Positions 9,790-19,061 of a DNA stretch of 64,000 bases are shown one piece after another. How positions within the stretch are numbered: position 1 is the first letter of the stretch; each line of letters starts with the position of its first letter. The DNA is taken from the NCBI GenBank assembly GCA_963782055.1, contig CAWAIF010000003.1:5888001-5952000 (forward strand). The letters run 5' to 3'. The DNA comes from an uncultured delta proteobacterium. Its GTDB lineage: Bacteria > Myxococcota_A > Polyangia > Polyangiales > Polyangiaceae. The notes beneath the pieces were generated by a model. That model searched no databases. It worked only from the letters and a program-made list of their open reading frames with translations, and was not told where the DNA came from. The translations under genes and the position numbers were made by a program.

Positions 9790-11061
9790 ATGCCGAACAT
9801 CCACGTCCGCGGGGCCACCACGAAGCGACATGCGCGCCCGCGCGACCGGCGCGCCGGACGCGTTCGCGCATGGGCGCTGCTCGCCATGCTCCTCGTGGCC
9901 TCCCCCGTCGCCGCCGACGACACCAAGAACGCGGTGAAGGAGGCGGCGCCCGGGCCGAGCGACACCACCACCAAGACCGCGGCGATCGAGATCGCGACCT
10001 ACAAGGACAGCGATCACATCAGCGTCTTCACGCCCTCCATCGCCGCGGGCGTCGAGAACGTCACGCGCGGCGCCTCCGTCCGCGGCAGCTACCTCGTCGA
10101 CGTGGTGTCCGCGGCGTCGGTGGACATCGTGTCCACCGCGTCGCAGCGCTGGCAGGAGGTACGTCACGCCGGCTCGCTCGAGGCCGAGTACAAGCCGCAC
10201 ACCTTCGGCGTCACCGTGGCGGGCGCGCTCTCCAGCGAGCCCGACTACTTCTCGTACAACTTCAGCGCGCTCTCCGCGCTGGACCTCTTCGAGAAGAACA
10301 CCACGCTCACCTTCGGCTTCGGCTTCGGGCACGACACCATCGGCCGACACGGCACGCCCTTCTCCGTCTTCGCGCGTGACCTCTCGCGCGGGTCCTTCAC
10401 CGGCGGCATCACGCAGGTCGTCAACCGCACCACCGTCGTCGGCGCCAGCCTCGACGTGGTGATCGAGAACGGCGACCAGTCCAAGCCGTACCGCTACGTC
10501 CCCATGTTCGCGCCGGACGTGGCGCCGACCGTCCCCAACGGCGCGTCGATCGACTCGGTCAACGCCAACCGCCTCCCGGAGCGGCTGCTCGAGCAGACGC
10601 CCCTCGCGCGCCGCCGCTTCGCCGTGACCGCGCGCTACGCGCACCGCTTCGAGACCTCCACCCTCCGCCTGCAGGAGCGCATCTACTACGACTCCTGGGG
10701 GCTCTTCGCCTCCACCACCAACGCCCGCTGGATCTTCGACTTCGGCCGGCGGCTCGAGCTCTGGCCGGAGGCGCGCTTCCACGGCCAGTCGGCGGTGAGC
10801 TTCTGGAAGCGCGCGTACGTGTCCGGCCCGGCGCCCGGGTGGGACCTGCCCGAGCTGCGCACCGGCGACCGCGAGCTCGGCCCGCTCTGGACCGTCTCCG
10901 GCGGCGGCGGCGTCAAGCTCTTCCTCGGAGGCAAGGCCGACCCGCGCGCGTGGGCGCTCTCCCTGCAGGTCACCGGCCTGTACACGGGCTTCCTCGACAA
11001 TCTGTACCTCACGCAGCGCACCGGGTTCCTCGGCTCGCTCATGCTGGAGGCGGAGCTATGA
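9790..11061 (+). CDS. DUF3570-family putative outer-membrane beta-barrel
   Basis: VDVVSAASVD, SSEPDY, YYDSWG and GDRELGP motifs; adjacent to DUF4266 gene. Confidence 0.85.
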   Translation: MPNIHVRGATTKRHARPRDRRAGRVRAWALLAMLLVASPVAADDTKNAVKEAAPGPSDTTTKTAAIEIATYKDSDHISVFTPSIAAGVENVTRGASVRGSYLVDVVSAASVDIVSTASQRWQEVRHAGSLEAEYKPHTFGVTVAGALSSEPDYFSYNFSALSALDLFEKNTTLTFGFGFGHDTIGRHGTPFSVFARDLSRGSFTGGITQVVNRTTVVGASLDVVIENGDQSKPYRYVPMFAPDVAPTVPNGASIDSVNANRLPERLLEQTPLARRRFAVTARYAHRFETSTLRLQERIYYDSWGLFASTTNARWIFDFGRRLELWPEARFHGQSAVSFWKRAYVSGPAPGWDLPELRTGDRELGPLWTVSGGGGVKLFLGGKADPRAWALSLQVTGLYTGFLDNLYLTQRTGFLGSLMLEAEL

Positions 11062-11564
11062 CGCGTCACGCCCTCCTCGTGGCGGGATTGCTCGGGGCCG
11101 CCGCGCTCTCGGCCTCGTGCGACGACCCCGTCCACGACAGCACCATCGACGCGCTCGGCCCGGAGGACCCCTCCGTCCCGCGGGGCCCGAACCACCGCCC
11201 CGGTCAGCCGTGCGTGGAGTGCCACCAGAGCGAGGGGCCGGCCTCGACGGTGTTCCTCTTCGGCGGGACGGTCTTCGCCACGCAGGGCGCGAGCAATCCC
11301 GCCTCCGGCGTCACGGTGCACCTCACCGACTCCAACGGGGACATGCACGACGTGACCACCAACGACGCGGGCAACTTCTGGGTGACGCCCTCCGACTGGT
11401 CGCCCACCCTCCCGGTCAACGTCTCCATCGAGGACACCAACGCGGGCGTGGGCCAGGCGATGAACTCGCACATCGGCCACGCGGGCTCCTGCGCCTTCTG
11501 CCACACGCCGAACGTGGGTCCCACCTCGCCCGGGCCCGTCTACGTCAACGGGGCGAACCCATGA
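11058..11564 (+). CDS. Di-heme c-type cytochrome lipoprotein with central carboxypeptidase-regulatory-like domain
   Basis: Lipobox SASC; CVECH and CAFCH; ATGA overlap with upstream stop. Confidence 0.75.
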   Translation: MTRHALLVAGLLGAAALSASCDDPVHDSTIDALGPEDPSVPRGPNHRPGQPCVECHQSEGPASTVFLFGGTVFATQGASNPASGVTVHLTDSNGDMHDVTTNDAGNFWVTPSDWSPTLPVNVSIEDTNAGVGQAMNSHIGHAGSCAFCHTPNVGPTSPGPVYVNGANP

Positions 11565-12091
11565 AACACCTCGCCGGCAGCCTCCTCGCGCTGGGCGCGA
11601 TGGCCTCGGTCGTCGCGGCGGCGTGCTCCACGCCCCCCGCCGATTCGCGCATCGGGATCGACGCGCCCTCCCGCGCGCAGTTCGACCCCGTGGGCGGATA
11701 CCTGGAGCACCGGTGCGGCTCCCTCGACTGCCACGGGTCCATCGCCCGCAACATGCGCATCTACGGCTGCAACGGCCTGCGGCTCAGCGGGTCCGACTCC
11801 CCCGGCTGCGCGTCCGACGGCTTCGCCGGCCCGGATACGACGCAGGCGGAGCTCGACGCCACGTACCGCTCGGTGGTCGCCCTCGAGCCGACCGTCATGA
11901 GCGCGGTGGTCGACGGCAACGGCGAGCACCCGGAGTGGCTCACCCTGGTGCGCAAGGCGCGCGGCATGGAAAACCACAAGGGCGGCGCCCTCATCACCCC
12001 GGGCGACCCACAGGACGTGTGCATCACCTCGTGGCTCGCCGGCAACACCGACTCCGGCGCGTGCCTCCAGGCGACCAACAAGTACCCATGA
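11561..12091 (+). CDS. Lipoprotein with atypical Cx4CH putative heme-binding motif
   Basis: Lipobox AAAC; CGSLDCH; later HKGG motif; ATGA overlap. Confidence 0.7.
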   Translation: MKHLAGSLLALGAMASVVAAACSTPPADSRIGIDAPSRAQFDPVGGYLEHRCGSLDCHGSIARNMRIYGCNGLRLSGSDSPGCASDGFAGPDTTQAELDATYRSVVALEPTVMSAVVDGNGEHPEWLTLVRKARGMENHKGGALITPGDPQDVCITSWLAGNTDSGACLQATNKYP

Positions 12092-13722
12092 TCCGCCGCC
12101 CGCGCCTCCTCCTGCCGTCGCTCCCGGCGCGCGCCCTCGTCGGCGTCGCGCTGGCGGCGGCGCTCGTGCTCACGGCGACGAGCGCCCGCGCCGAGAACAG
12201 GCGCGTGGAGTCGGCGGCGCGCCACGCGCTCCACAAGGCCGCCGACGAGTTCCTCGCGCTCAAGTACGACAAGGCCATCGCGCGACTGAGCCACGCGATC
12301 GCCGCGTGCGGCAAGAGTCGCTGCACCGAGAAGACCCACGCCGAGCTCCTGCGCGACCGCGGCACGATGCTCCTCGCCAAGGGCAGCAAGCAGCGCGCGA
12401 GCGCCGACTTCATCGCCGCGCTGAAGATCGCGCCCACGCTCGAGCTCAACCCGGACTACGCGACCCGCGCGTCCCGTGCCGCGTGGTCGGAGGCGCGGCA
12501 GTCGGTCATCGGCCTCACGCAGCCCACCGGCGACTTCACGCACACGCCGGCGCCGGAGCAGCAGGTGCACACCCCCCTGCCCGTCTACGTGGAGGACCTG
12601 GGCGAGAACCTGGCGCGCGTCATCGTGCGTTACCGCGGCGAGGGCATGGGCGAGTTCCGCACCGCGAAGCTGAAGCCCCTCGGCAAGGGCTGGGGCGGGG
12701 AGATCCCGTGCGCGGCCGTCGAGACGGGCATGATGCGCTACTACATCCTCGGCTACGACAGGCGCGGCGAGCCCGTCGCCAACACGGGCAACGTGCACCA
12801 CCCGTTCATGGTGCCCATCCGCGAGAACATCAGCTCCCCGTCCCCTCACCTGCCGCACCGCCCCGCGCCGGAGCAGTGCGAGGACTGCAACGAGCACCCC
12901 GAGTCGTGCGGGCGCAAGGAGGAGTCGCGCGGGGGCATCGGCGCGGTGTGCGACGTGGACGCGCAGTGCGAGAGCGGCGCGTGCCGCGACGACCGCTGCG
13001 TGGCAAGCGCCCCCGCGCAGTCGGGCGGCACGACCTACGCGCGCTGGTGGTTCGGCGTGGCCACGTCGATGGACCTCGTGGGGGCGGGCGCCTCCGGCGA
13101 CGTGTGCAAGCTCGACGCGAACGCCGCGCCGGTCAACGGCGACGGCTACTACTGCACCAACCCCGACGGCACCGACTTCCCCACCCGCGACTCCCCCGAT
13201 CAGAACGCCACGCTCGGCGCCGGTGACGCCGGGCAGGCCGGCGGCGGCCTCTTCGGCGGCAACGTGCGCGTGATGGCCAGCTTCGACTACGCCCTCAACG
13301 CGAACTTCCTCGTGGGCGCGCGCCTCGGCTGGGCGGTCACCTCCTACCCGGGACAGGCCGCGTCGAAGGATGGTCGCGAGCTGCCGGTCCCCATCCACGT
13401 GGAGGCACGCGCGACGTTCGTCTTCGGCGAGGCCGCCCTGGCCGACCTCGGCTTCGCGCCGGTGATCTTCGGGGCCGCGGGCGTCTCCAACTTCGACGCC
13501 GGGCAGACGGTGATGGTCACGCAGAGCGGCATCCCCGGCCAGCAGCCGATCGTTGCGTGGCGCGTGGGCGGGCCCGGGTTCATCGCGGTGGGCGGCGGCT
13601 TCCGCTACGCCCTGTCGCAGCGCATCGCCTTCAGCGCCGCGGCGAAGTTCACCGCCGCGCTCGGTCCGACGGGGTTCCTCCCGACGATCGGACCGGAGGT
13701 CGCGCTGCAGTACGGGTTCTAG
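12088..13722 (+). CDS. Secreted TPR-like / Cys-rich protein with C-terminal beta-barrel
   Basis: Signal peptide, helical repeats, Cys-rich linker, ends in VALQYGF (OMP-type terminal Phe); ATGA overlap. Confidence 0.7.
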   Translation: MIRRPRLLLPSLPARALVGVALAAALVLTATSARAENRRVESAARHALHKAADEFLALKYDKAIARLSHAIAACGKSRCTEKTHAELLRDRGTMLLAKGSKQRASADFIAALKIAPTLELNPDYATRASRAAWSEARQSVIGLTQPTGDFTHTPAPEQQVHTPLPVYVEDLGENLARVIVRYRGEGMGEFRTAKLKPLGKGWGGEIPCAAVETGMMRYYILGYDRRGEPVANTGNVHHPFMVPIRENISSPSPHLPHRPAPEQCEDCNEHPESCGRKEESRGGIGAVCDVDAQCESGACRDDRCVASAPAQSGGTTYARWWFGVATSMDLVGAGASGDVCKLDANAAPVNGDGYYCTNPDGTDFPTRDSPDQNATLGAGDAGQAGGGLFGGNVRVMASFDYALNANFLVGARLGWAVTSYPGQAASKDGRELPVPIHVEARATFVFGEAALADLGFAPVIFGAAGVSNFDAGQTVMVTQSGIPGQQPIVAWRVGGPGFIAVGGGFRYALSQRIAFSAAAKFTAALGPTGFLPTIGPEVALQYGF

Positions 13723-13769
13723 ATGAGCGGTCGCGATTCGCGAACGCGAACGCGAACCAAGGGGGAAGC

Positions 13770-13788
13770 CGCCGAATTCACTTCGGCG
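13770..13788. repeat. REP-like palindrome CGCCGAA-TTCAC-TTCGGCG between convergent genes
   Basis: Perfect 7-bp inverted repeat; near-copy at 49253-49271. Confidence 0.5.
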
Positions 13789-13820
13789 TAGCCAAATCGT
13801 GCACGCTGATTGAGGGCTCG

Positions 13821-14339
13821 CTACGGCTTCATCGTGAAGCCGATGACCAGGATGCCGCCCTGGTAGCTCTGCCCCGCGACGAAGAAGGTCTCGTTCGCCG
13901 TGGCGGTGACCTCCAGCAGCTTCAGGTAGGCGCTGCCGCCCGGCTGGTTGATCGCCGCGGCGACGCGGTAGCGGTGATCCGCCGTGACGTCCTCGAGGGT
14001 GATCTGCAGCGTGCGCTTGTTGACCATCCCGTAGGTGGCGGGCTTGCCCTTGTCCAGGCCGATGGCCTTGCGGTCGAGCAGCTTGTAGGTGTTGTACGCG
14101 GAGAAGGGCGGCTTCTTGAGCTGCGGCAGGTTGCCGATCTGCGGGTCGATGGAGCCGGCGCCCGCCTGCTGCGTGGCGTGCAGGACCATCACCTCCACCG
14201 TGGCGTGCGACGGCGCGGGAGCATGCGCCGCAGGCGGCTGCGCGTACGCGCCGGGGACAGCCGCGAGCACGAGGGCCGCCGCGGTCACCACGGAGGCCGC
14301 CAGGAGGCGGGGAGTGCGTCGGGAGAAGAGGCTAGCCAT
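13821..14339 (-). CDS. Secreted hypothetical protein (last gene of ECF operon)
   Basis: Signal peptide (AYA cleavage), GC3-rich codon usage. Confidence 0.7.
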   Translation of the reverse strand: MASLFSRRTPRLLAASVVTAAALVLAAVPGAYAQPPAAHAPAPSHATVEVMVLHATQQAGAGSIDPQIGNLPQLKKPPFSAYNTYKLLDRKAIGLDKGKPATYGMVNKRTLQITLEDVTADHRYRVAAAINQPGGSAYLKLLEVTATANETFFVAGQSYQGGILVIGFTMKP

Positions 14340-14345
14340 GGCGCT

Positions 14346-14936
14346 TCACTGGGCTCCGTTCGAGTCGTCGATCCACACGACCACGCTCTGCGCGGGGGTA
14401 TCGGCTGCGGGGGCGTTGTCCACGTAGAAGACCGACACCGCGTGCGAGCCGGTGTCGACCGAATCGACCTCTACGCTGCGAGACCGTAGCTGCGCAAGGG
14501 CCCCGGAGGGATCCGGCGTGGGGACGGGAGCGGTGGTCAGGGGGGCGGTGGCGACCGGGACGGCCGGGCCCTGGTTGGTCGCTTGCTGCGGGGTCTCCGC
14601 GCCCTGGCGGACGTAGAGGAACACCGCGGCGGCGATGGCAGCCACCGACGCCGCGACGAACGCCATCCGCACGCGGCCATGGCGCTTGAGGCGCGCCCGG
14701 TCCAGCTCGTTGGGGACCAGACGCCCCATGATCTCGTCGGTGATCTCCAGCGACGCCGCGCTCCCCGTGGGGGCGGCGGCGCGGACGCCCTCGCCCAGCG
14801 CGCGGATGGAGGCGAGCAGCTCCCGGGCCTCGACGCTGGCGGTGACCATGCCCTCGACGCGGGCGGCCTCGTCCGCTTCCAGCTCGCCGTCGGCGTAGGC
14901 CATCACGTCCAGCATCTCCTTCTCCGCGAGGGTCAC
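14346..14936 (-). CDS. Anti-sigma factor (RseA-like, single TM)
   Basis: MAYADGEL...ARVE N-terminus, TM helix; overlaps the sigma factor stop. Confidence 0.8.
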   Translation of the reverse strand: MTLAEKEMLDVMAYADGELEADEAARVEGMVTASVEARELLASIRALGEGVRAAAPTGSAASLEITDEIMGRLVPNELDRARLKRHGRVRMAFVAASVAAIAAAVFLYVRQGAETPQQATNQGPAVPVATAPLTTAPVPTPDPSGALAQLRSRSVEVDSVDTGSHAVSVFYVDNAPAADTPAQSVVVWIDDSNGAQ

Positions 14937-15796
14937 GACGACTCCTCCCCCTCCCCGCGACCGGACTTCTCGGCGGCGGCCTCACGCAGCTCGGGGCCCC
15001 GGACCTGCTCCTGATAGCAGTCCACCAGCGCCCTCTGCAGCTTCTGCCTTGCGTGAAACAACCGGCTCATGATCGTGCCCTTCGAGACGCCCATCGCCTG
15101 CGCCATCTCTTCGTAGCTCAGCCCCTCCACCTCGCGCATCACGATGACGCCGCGGTGGTAGTCCGGCAGGGCGTCGAGCGCCTGCTGTAGCCGCGCGGCA
15201 ATCTCGCCGCGACGCACCACGTCGGAGGGGTCTGAGCCGTCGATGCGGCTGACGAACGGGAAGTCGATCTCGCGTGTCTCCTCTTGGTCGTGCCGGCTGT
15301 CGTCCAGTTGGGCGACCTGCCGGCCAGGTTTTCGGATGAGGTCGATGCTCAAGTTGGTGATGATGCGATAAAGCCAGGTGAAGAAGCTCGACTGTCCCTG
15401 GAAGTTCCCCAGGTTCTTGTAAACTCGCAGGAATGCGTCCTGAACCAGCTCTCGGGCGTCGTTCTCGTCACGGACGAGCGAGAGGGCGATGGAGAAGGCC
15501 CGGCGCTGGTGACGCTCGACAAGACTGCGAAATGCGACGGTATCCCCTGCCTGCGCCCTCGCGATGAGGGCCCGGTCCTCCTCGGCCTCTTTGGCCCGTG
15601 TTTCCTTGCTGTTGGACGCCCCCGCGGCAGCCCTATTCACCCGCCCCAGCGAAACGACCTTCGCACGACGCTCGGCATCGGCGGGCCGGGGCGCGGGCTC
15701 CGGCCCCGCGTTTTCCCCGGGGTCGGAGGCCTCTCGCGGCCGGGCCGGGGCGGGCGTCGCGCCCCGCTTCTTCGGATCCTCGGCTCGGGAGCTCAT
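14933..15796 (-). CDS. ECF RNA polymerase sigma factor (RpoE-like)
   Basis: ARELVQDAFLRVY, FFTWLYRIITNLSID, GLSYEEMA...GTIMSRLFHAR. Confidence 0.92.
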   Translation of the reverse strand: MSSRAEDPKKRGATPAPARPREASDPGENAGPEPAPRPADAERRAKVVSLGRVNRAAAGASNSKETRAKEAEEDRALIARAQAGDTVAFRSLVERHQRRAFSIALSLVRDENDARELVQDAFLRVYKNLGNFQGQSSFFTWLYRIITNLSIDLIRKPGRQVAQLDDSRHDQEETREIDFPFVSRIDGSDPSDVVRRGEIAARLQQALDALPDYHRGVIVMREVEGLSYEEMAQAMGVSKGTIMSRLFHARQKLQRALVDCYQEQVRGPELREAAAEKSGRGEGEESS

Positions 15797-15856
15797 CGCG
15801 CGATCACCGTAGCCGATGCCGCCACGGATGCCGAGCGCCTCCGGCGCGGCGGCGGG

Positions 15857-17011
15857 TCAGCGCCTGGGCTGGAGAACCCCGAGCGTGACCGGCACGTCCT
15901 TCTCCTTGCCCACGCGGTCCACCTTGAGGGTGACCGTCTTGCCGACCCCGGTGGTGCTGGCCATCCACTGCAGCTCCTGCCCGCGGCCGACGGGCTTGCC
16001 GTCGAAGGCGACGATGACGTCTCCAGGCGAAAGGCCGGCCTTGTCGGCCGGGCCGCCGGGGACCACGTACTCGACCACCGCGCCCTTGTCCCCGGTGACC
16101 TTCAGGTCGGTCTTGTCGTCGACGGAGAGCTCGCGCACGTCCCGGATGCTCACGCCGATGGCGCTGCGCACGACGCGCCCATCCCGCAGGAGCATGGGCA
16201 GCAGCTGCTTGACCATGTTGATCGGGATGGCGAAGCCGATGCCCTGCGCGCCACCGCCGCGGATGGCCGAGTTGATGCCGACGACCTGGCCCTGCAGGTC
16301 CAGCAGCGGCCCGCCGGAGTTGCCGGGGTTGATGCTCGCGTCGGTCTGCAGGAAGTCGTAGTAGCCGGCCGGGTCGAGTGGCACGTCGTCCTTGGTGCGC
16401 CCCTTGGCGCTCACAATCCCCGCCGACACCGTGTGCTCCAGGCCGAAGGGGTTGCCGATGGCGACGACCCAGTCGCCCACCTGGATGGCATCGGAGTCTC
16501 CGAGGGGGATGGGCTTGAGGGCGAGGCCTGTGGGATCGATGTGGATGACGGCGATGTCAGTGGGCCAATCGCGCCCGATGATCTTGGCGGGGAGCACCTT
16601 GTCGTCGGCGAGCTTCACGCTGATGCTCTGCGCCTCCTCGCTGCCGCCCTCTTCACTCACCACGTGGTTGTTGGTGAGGATGGTGCCGTCCTTGTCGATG
16701 ACGAAGCCGGTACCGAGGCCCTTGGCCTCCCGCCGCGCGCGGTGGCCGCCCCAGCCCTCCACCACTTCCTCCCCGACGGTGGTGATGGTCACCACGCTCG
16801 CGTTCACCTGCTTGACGATGGGTGCGAAGGAGACGGGCTGGAGCTTCACCAGCGGCTTGCCCGGATCGACGGGGGCGGGCGGCGGCGCGGTGGCCGTCGT
16901 CGCAGAGGCGCTGGCCGCGGCCGCGCCGCCGTCGTCCTTCTTTCCGCAGGCCGTGAGGGCCACGAGGAAGCTCAACAGGAACGGCGCGGCGGGTCGCAGC
17001 ATGGTGGTCAC
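15857..17011 (-). CDS. HtrA/DegP-family serine protease lipoprotein with one PDZ domain
   Basis: LTNNHV, TDIAVI, QTDASINPGNSGGPL, PDZ domain; lipobox LTAC. Confidence 0.92.
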   Translation of the reverse strand: MTTMLRPAAPFLLSFLVALTACGKKDDGGAAAASASATTATAPPPAPVDPGKPLVKLQPVSFAPIVKQVNASVVTITTVGEEVVEGWGGHRARREAKGLGTGFVIDKDGTILTNNHVVSEEGGSEEAQSISVKLADDKVLPAKIIGRDWPTDIAVIHIDPTGLALKPIPLGDSDAIQVGDWVVAIGNPFGLEHTVSAGIVSAKGRTKDDVPLDPAGYYDFLQTDASINPGNSGGPLLDLQGQVVGINSAIRGGGAQGIGFAIPINMVKQLLPMLLRDGRVVRSAIGVSIRDVRELSVDDKTDLKVTGDKGAVVEYVVPGGPADKAGLSPGDVIVAFDGKPVGRGQELQWMASTTGVGKTVTLKVDRVGKEKDVPVTLGVLQPRR

Positions 17012-17280
17012 TTCTTCTTCGATTGCTCCACGTAGCGGAGGCGGAGGTCGAACAGGATCTGGGTGAGCAGGCGCTCCTCGTCCCCGTCCAGGTTTCCCTT
17101 GGTCTTGTCCTCCAGCAGGCCGAGGACGTCGATGGTCTGCTTGGCGAGGGGGAGGTTGATCTGCACCTTCTCCCCTTCGGGGTGCGGGGCATCCCCGAGG
17201 TGCACCATCGCCGAGTGGCTGAGCGACAGGATGAACGTCGCGAAATCGATGCTGGGGAGGCTCTCTTGCTCGTCCGTCAC
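17008..17280 (-). CDS. DUF1844-family protein
   Basis: IDFATFILSL..SAMVHLG...AKQTIDVLGLLEDKTKGNL..E..LL...L..LRL.YV; GTG start. Confidence 0.85.
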   Translation of the reverse strand: MTDEQESLPSIDFATFILSLSHSAMVHLGDAPHPEGEKVQINLPLAKQTIDVLGLLEDKTKGNLDGDEERLLTQILFDLRLRYVEQSKKK

Positions 17281-17486
17281 GAATCGCCCGCTTCGTTGTC
17301 CTCGGCTTCGTCCTCGTCCTCCCGGACGAGAGCGGGCTGAGGCACGCTCACCGGCTCGGCCAGCGAGGCCTGGTCGGGGAGGGAGGAATGCAGCTTCTCC
17401 ACGTCCTTGTCCGTCAAGGTGCCGTTCTTCAGGTTGCGTTCGCGGACGCGGATGTCCAGGTCCCAAGGGTTGACTTTGTTGGTCAT
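17277..17486 (-). CDS. Small conserved hypothetical protein
   Basis: DIRVRERNLKNG.LT..D.EK...SLPD; GTGA overlap with next gene; GGAG upstream. Confidence 0.7.
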   Translation of the reverse strand: MTNKVNPWDLDIRVRERNLKNGTLTDKDVEKLHSSLPDQASLAEPVSVPQPALVREDEDEAEDNEAGDS

Positions 17487-17617
17487 GGCAGCTCCGTCGT
17501 GTGGGGACGGAGCAAGTAGCACAGGCGGGGCCGAAGGGGGAGGCCGGGGGTGAAACCCGGTCCGGCCGAGCTTTATGCCCGCTTCGGGAACGCCCTGAAG
17601 GCGCGTACGATGGGGCC

Positions 17618-18402
17618 ATGGCCGTCCTGCGCTTCGCCCTGGCAATCCCGCCCCCCACCGGGGACCGAGGTTTCGCCCGGCTGCGCGCCGTGCTGGTCGG
17701 GGCGGGGCTGGAGGACGTGGAGCCGGTCTTCGTGTCGAGCTACGGCGCGCTCTACGACGCGGTCCACCTGCACGAGGCGGACGCGGCCTGGTGCCCGCCG
17801 CTCGTCGCCCGGGACCTGCAGCGGGTGGCCGCCGCCGACCCCGTGGCGACGGTGCTGCGCGGGGGCGCCGACCACTACCACTCCGCCTTCCTGGCCGGGC
17901 CGGCCTTCACCGGGGCGCTGGCAGACCTGGGGACCACGCGCGCCGGGTGGGTCTCGCGGCTGAGCGCGGCGGGCTCATCGTGCCGCGCAGCCACCTGCGG
18001 GCGAAGGGGGTCGAGCTCGCCTTCCGCGAGGAGCGCTTCTTCGACACGCACATCCGTTCGCTGGCGGCGCTGGCGGCCGGGGCGGTGGACTTCGTCGCGA
18101 CCCACGCGCTGCCCGCGGCGGACGGCACGATGACGGTGCGCGAGGGGTGCGAGGGCTCGCGGGTCGTGGACACCGTCGGTCCCATCCCGGGCGACGTGGT
18201 GGTGGTCGCGCGCGGCGTACCCGCCGCCACGGCCCGCACGGTGGGCACCACGCTCCGGGAGGTCACGCTCGGGCCGGACAATCCGCTCGCCGACCTCATC
18301 GGCGCGTCCGGGTTCGGCACCGTCCCGCCCGGTCACCTGGAGTCCCTCGCCCGGTGGATCGACGAGCCCCTCTTCGGCCGCTCGCGCCCACTCCCGAGCT
18401 GA
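17618..18402 (+). pseudogene. PhnD-like (phosphate/phosphonate) substrate-binding protein, split by a 1-nt deletion near 17974 (or sequencing error)
   Basis: First frame gives SSYGALY..DAAWCPP..SRLSAAG; second frame continues IVPRSHL..H...L.AL.AG.VD..GPIPGD. Confidence 0.65.
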
Positions 18403-18432
18403 CCGCTTCTTCTTCTGGGCCGGGGTTGAGGC

Positions 18433-19035
18433 TCAGTTCGGCTTCTTCTTGCCGAGCGGCACCAGCGGCTCGCCGTCGTGGTCGTGATCGCAGTCGGGGC
18501 CGTGGACGTGCTCGCTCGCCTCGTCGAAGCCGGACGCCGCGGCGGCGACCTCCTCCGGCGTGGCGGCGCGCACCTCGCTCACCTTGACGTGGTAGCGGAG
18601 CGTCAGACCGGCCAGTGGGTGGTTGGCGTCCACCACGACGGTGTCCTTCTTCACCTCGACCACGCGCAGCAGGGCCTCGTCGCCGTCGGGCGCCTGCGCG
18701 ATGAGCTCATCGCCCTCTTCCACCGCCGTCGGGTCGGGGAGCTCGGTGCGGTCGATCTCCATGACCAGCTCTTCGTCGTAATCGCCGTACGCCTCCTCCG
18801 CGGGGACGACGATGTCGCGCTCCTCGCCGGGGGCGAGCCCCGCGAGTCCCGTCTCCAGCCCGGGCACGAGCATGCCGTAGCCGTGGACGTAGCGGATGGG
18901 CTCGCCGTCCTCGGCGGCGCTGTCGTCGAGGAGCTCACCTTCCTCGTCGCGGAGGACGTAGTCGATGACGGCGAAGGTGTTGGGGGCGATGACGATGGTC
19001 TGGGTCACGGTGGCCTCGCGCGCGTCCTTTAGCAT
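18433..19035 (-). CDS. slyD: FKBP-type peptidyl-prolyl isomerase, SlyD-like
   Basis: YVHGYGMLVPGLE, AEEAYG, VDANHPLAG, His/Cys tail HVHGPDCDHDH. Confidence 0.88.
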   Translation of the reverse strand: MLKDAREATVTQTIVIAPNTFAVIDYVLRDEEGELLDDSAAEDGEPIRYVHGYGMLVPGLETGLAGLAPGEERDIVVPAEEAYGDYDEELVMEIDRTELPDPTAVEEGDELIAQAPDGDEALLRVVEVKKDTVVVDANHPLAGLTLRYHVKVSEVRAATPEEVAAAASGFDEASEHVHGPDCDHDHDGEPLVPLGKKKPN

Positions 19036-19061
19036 GGATCGGGTGGTGGGCTGGCGCGGGG

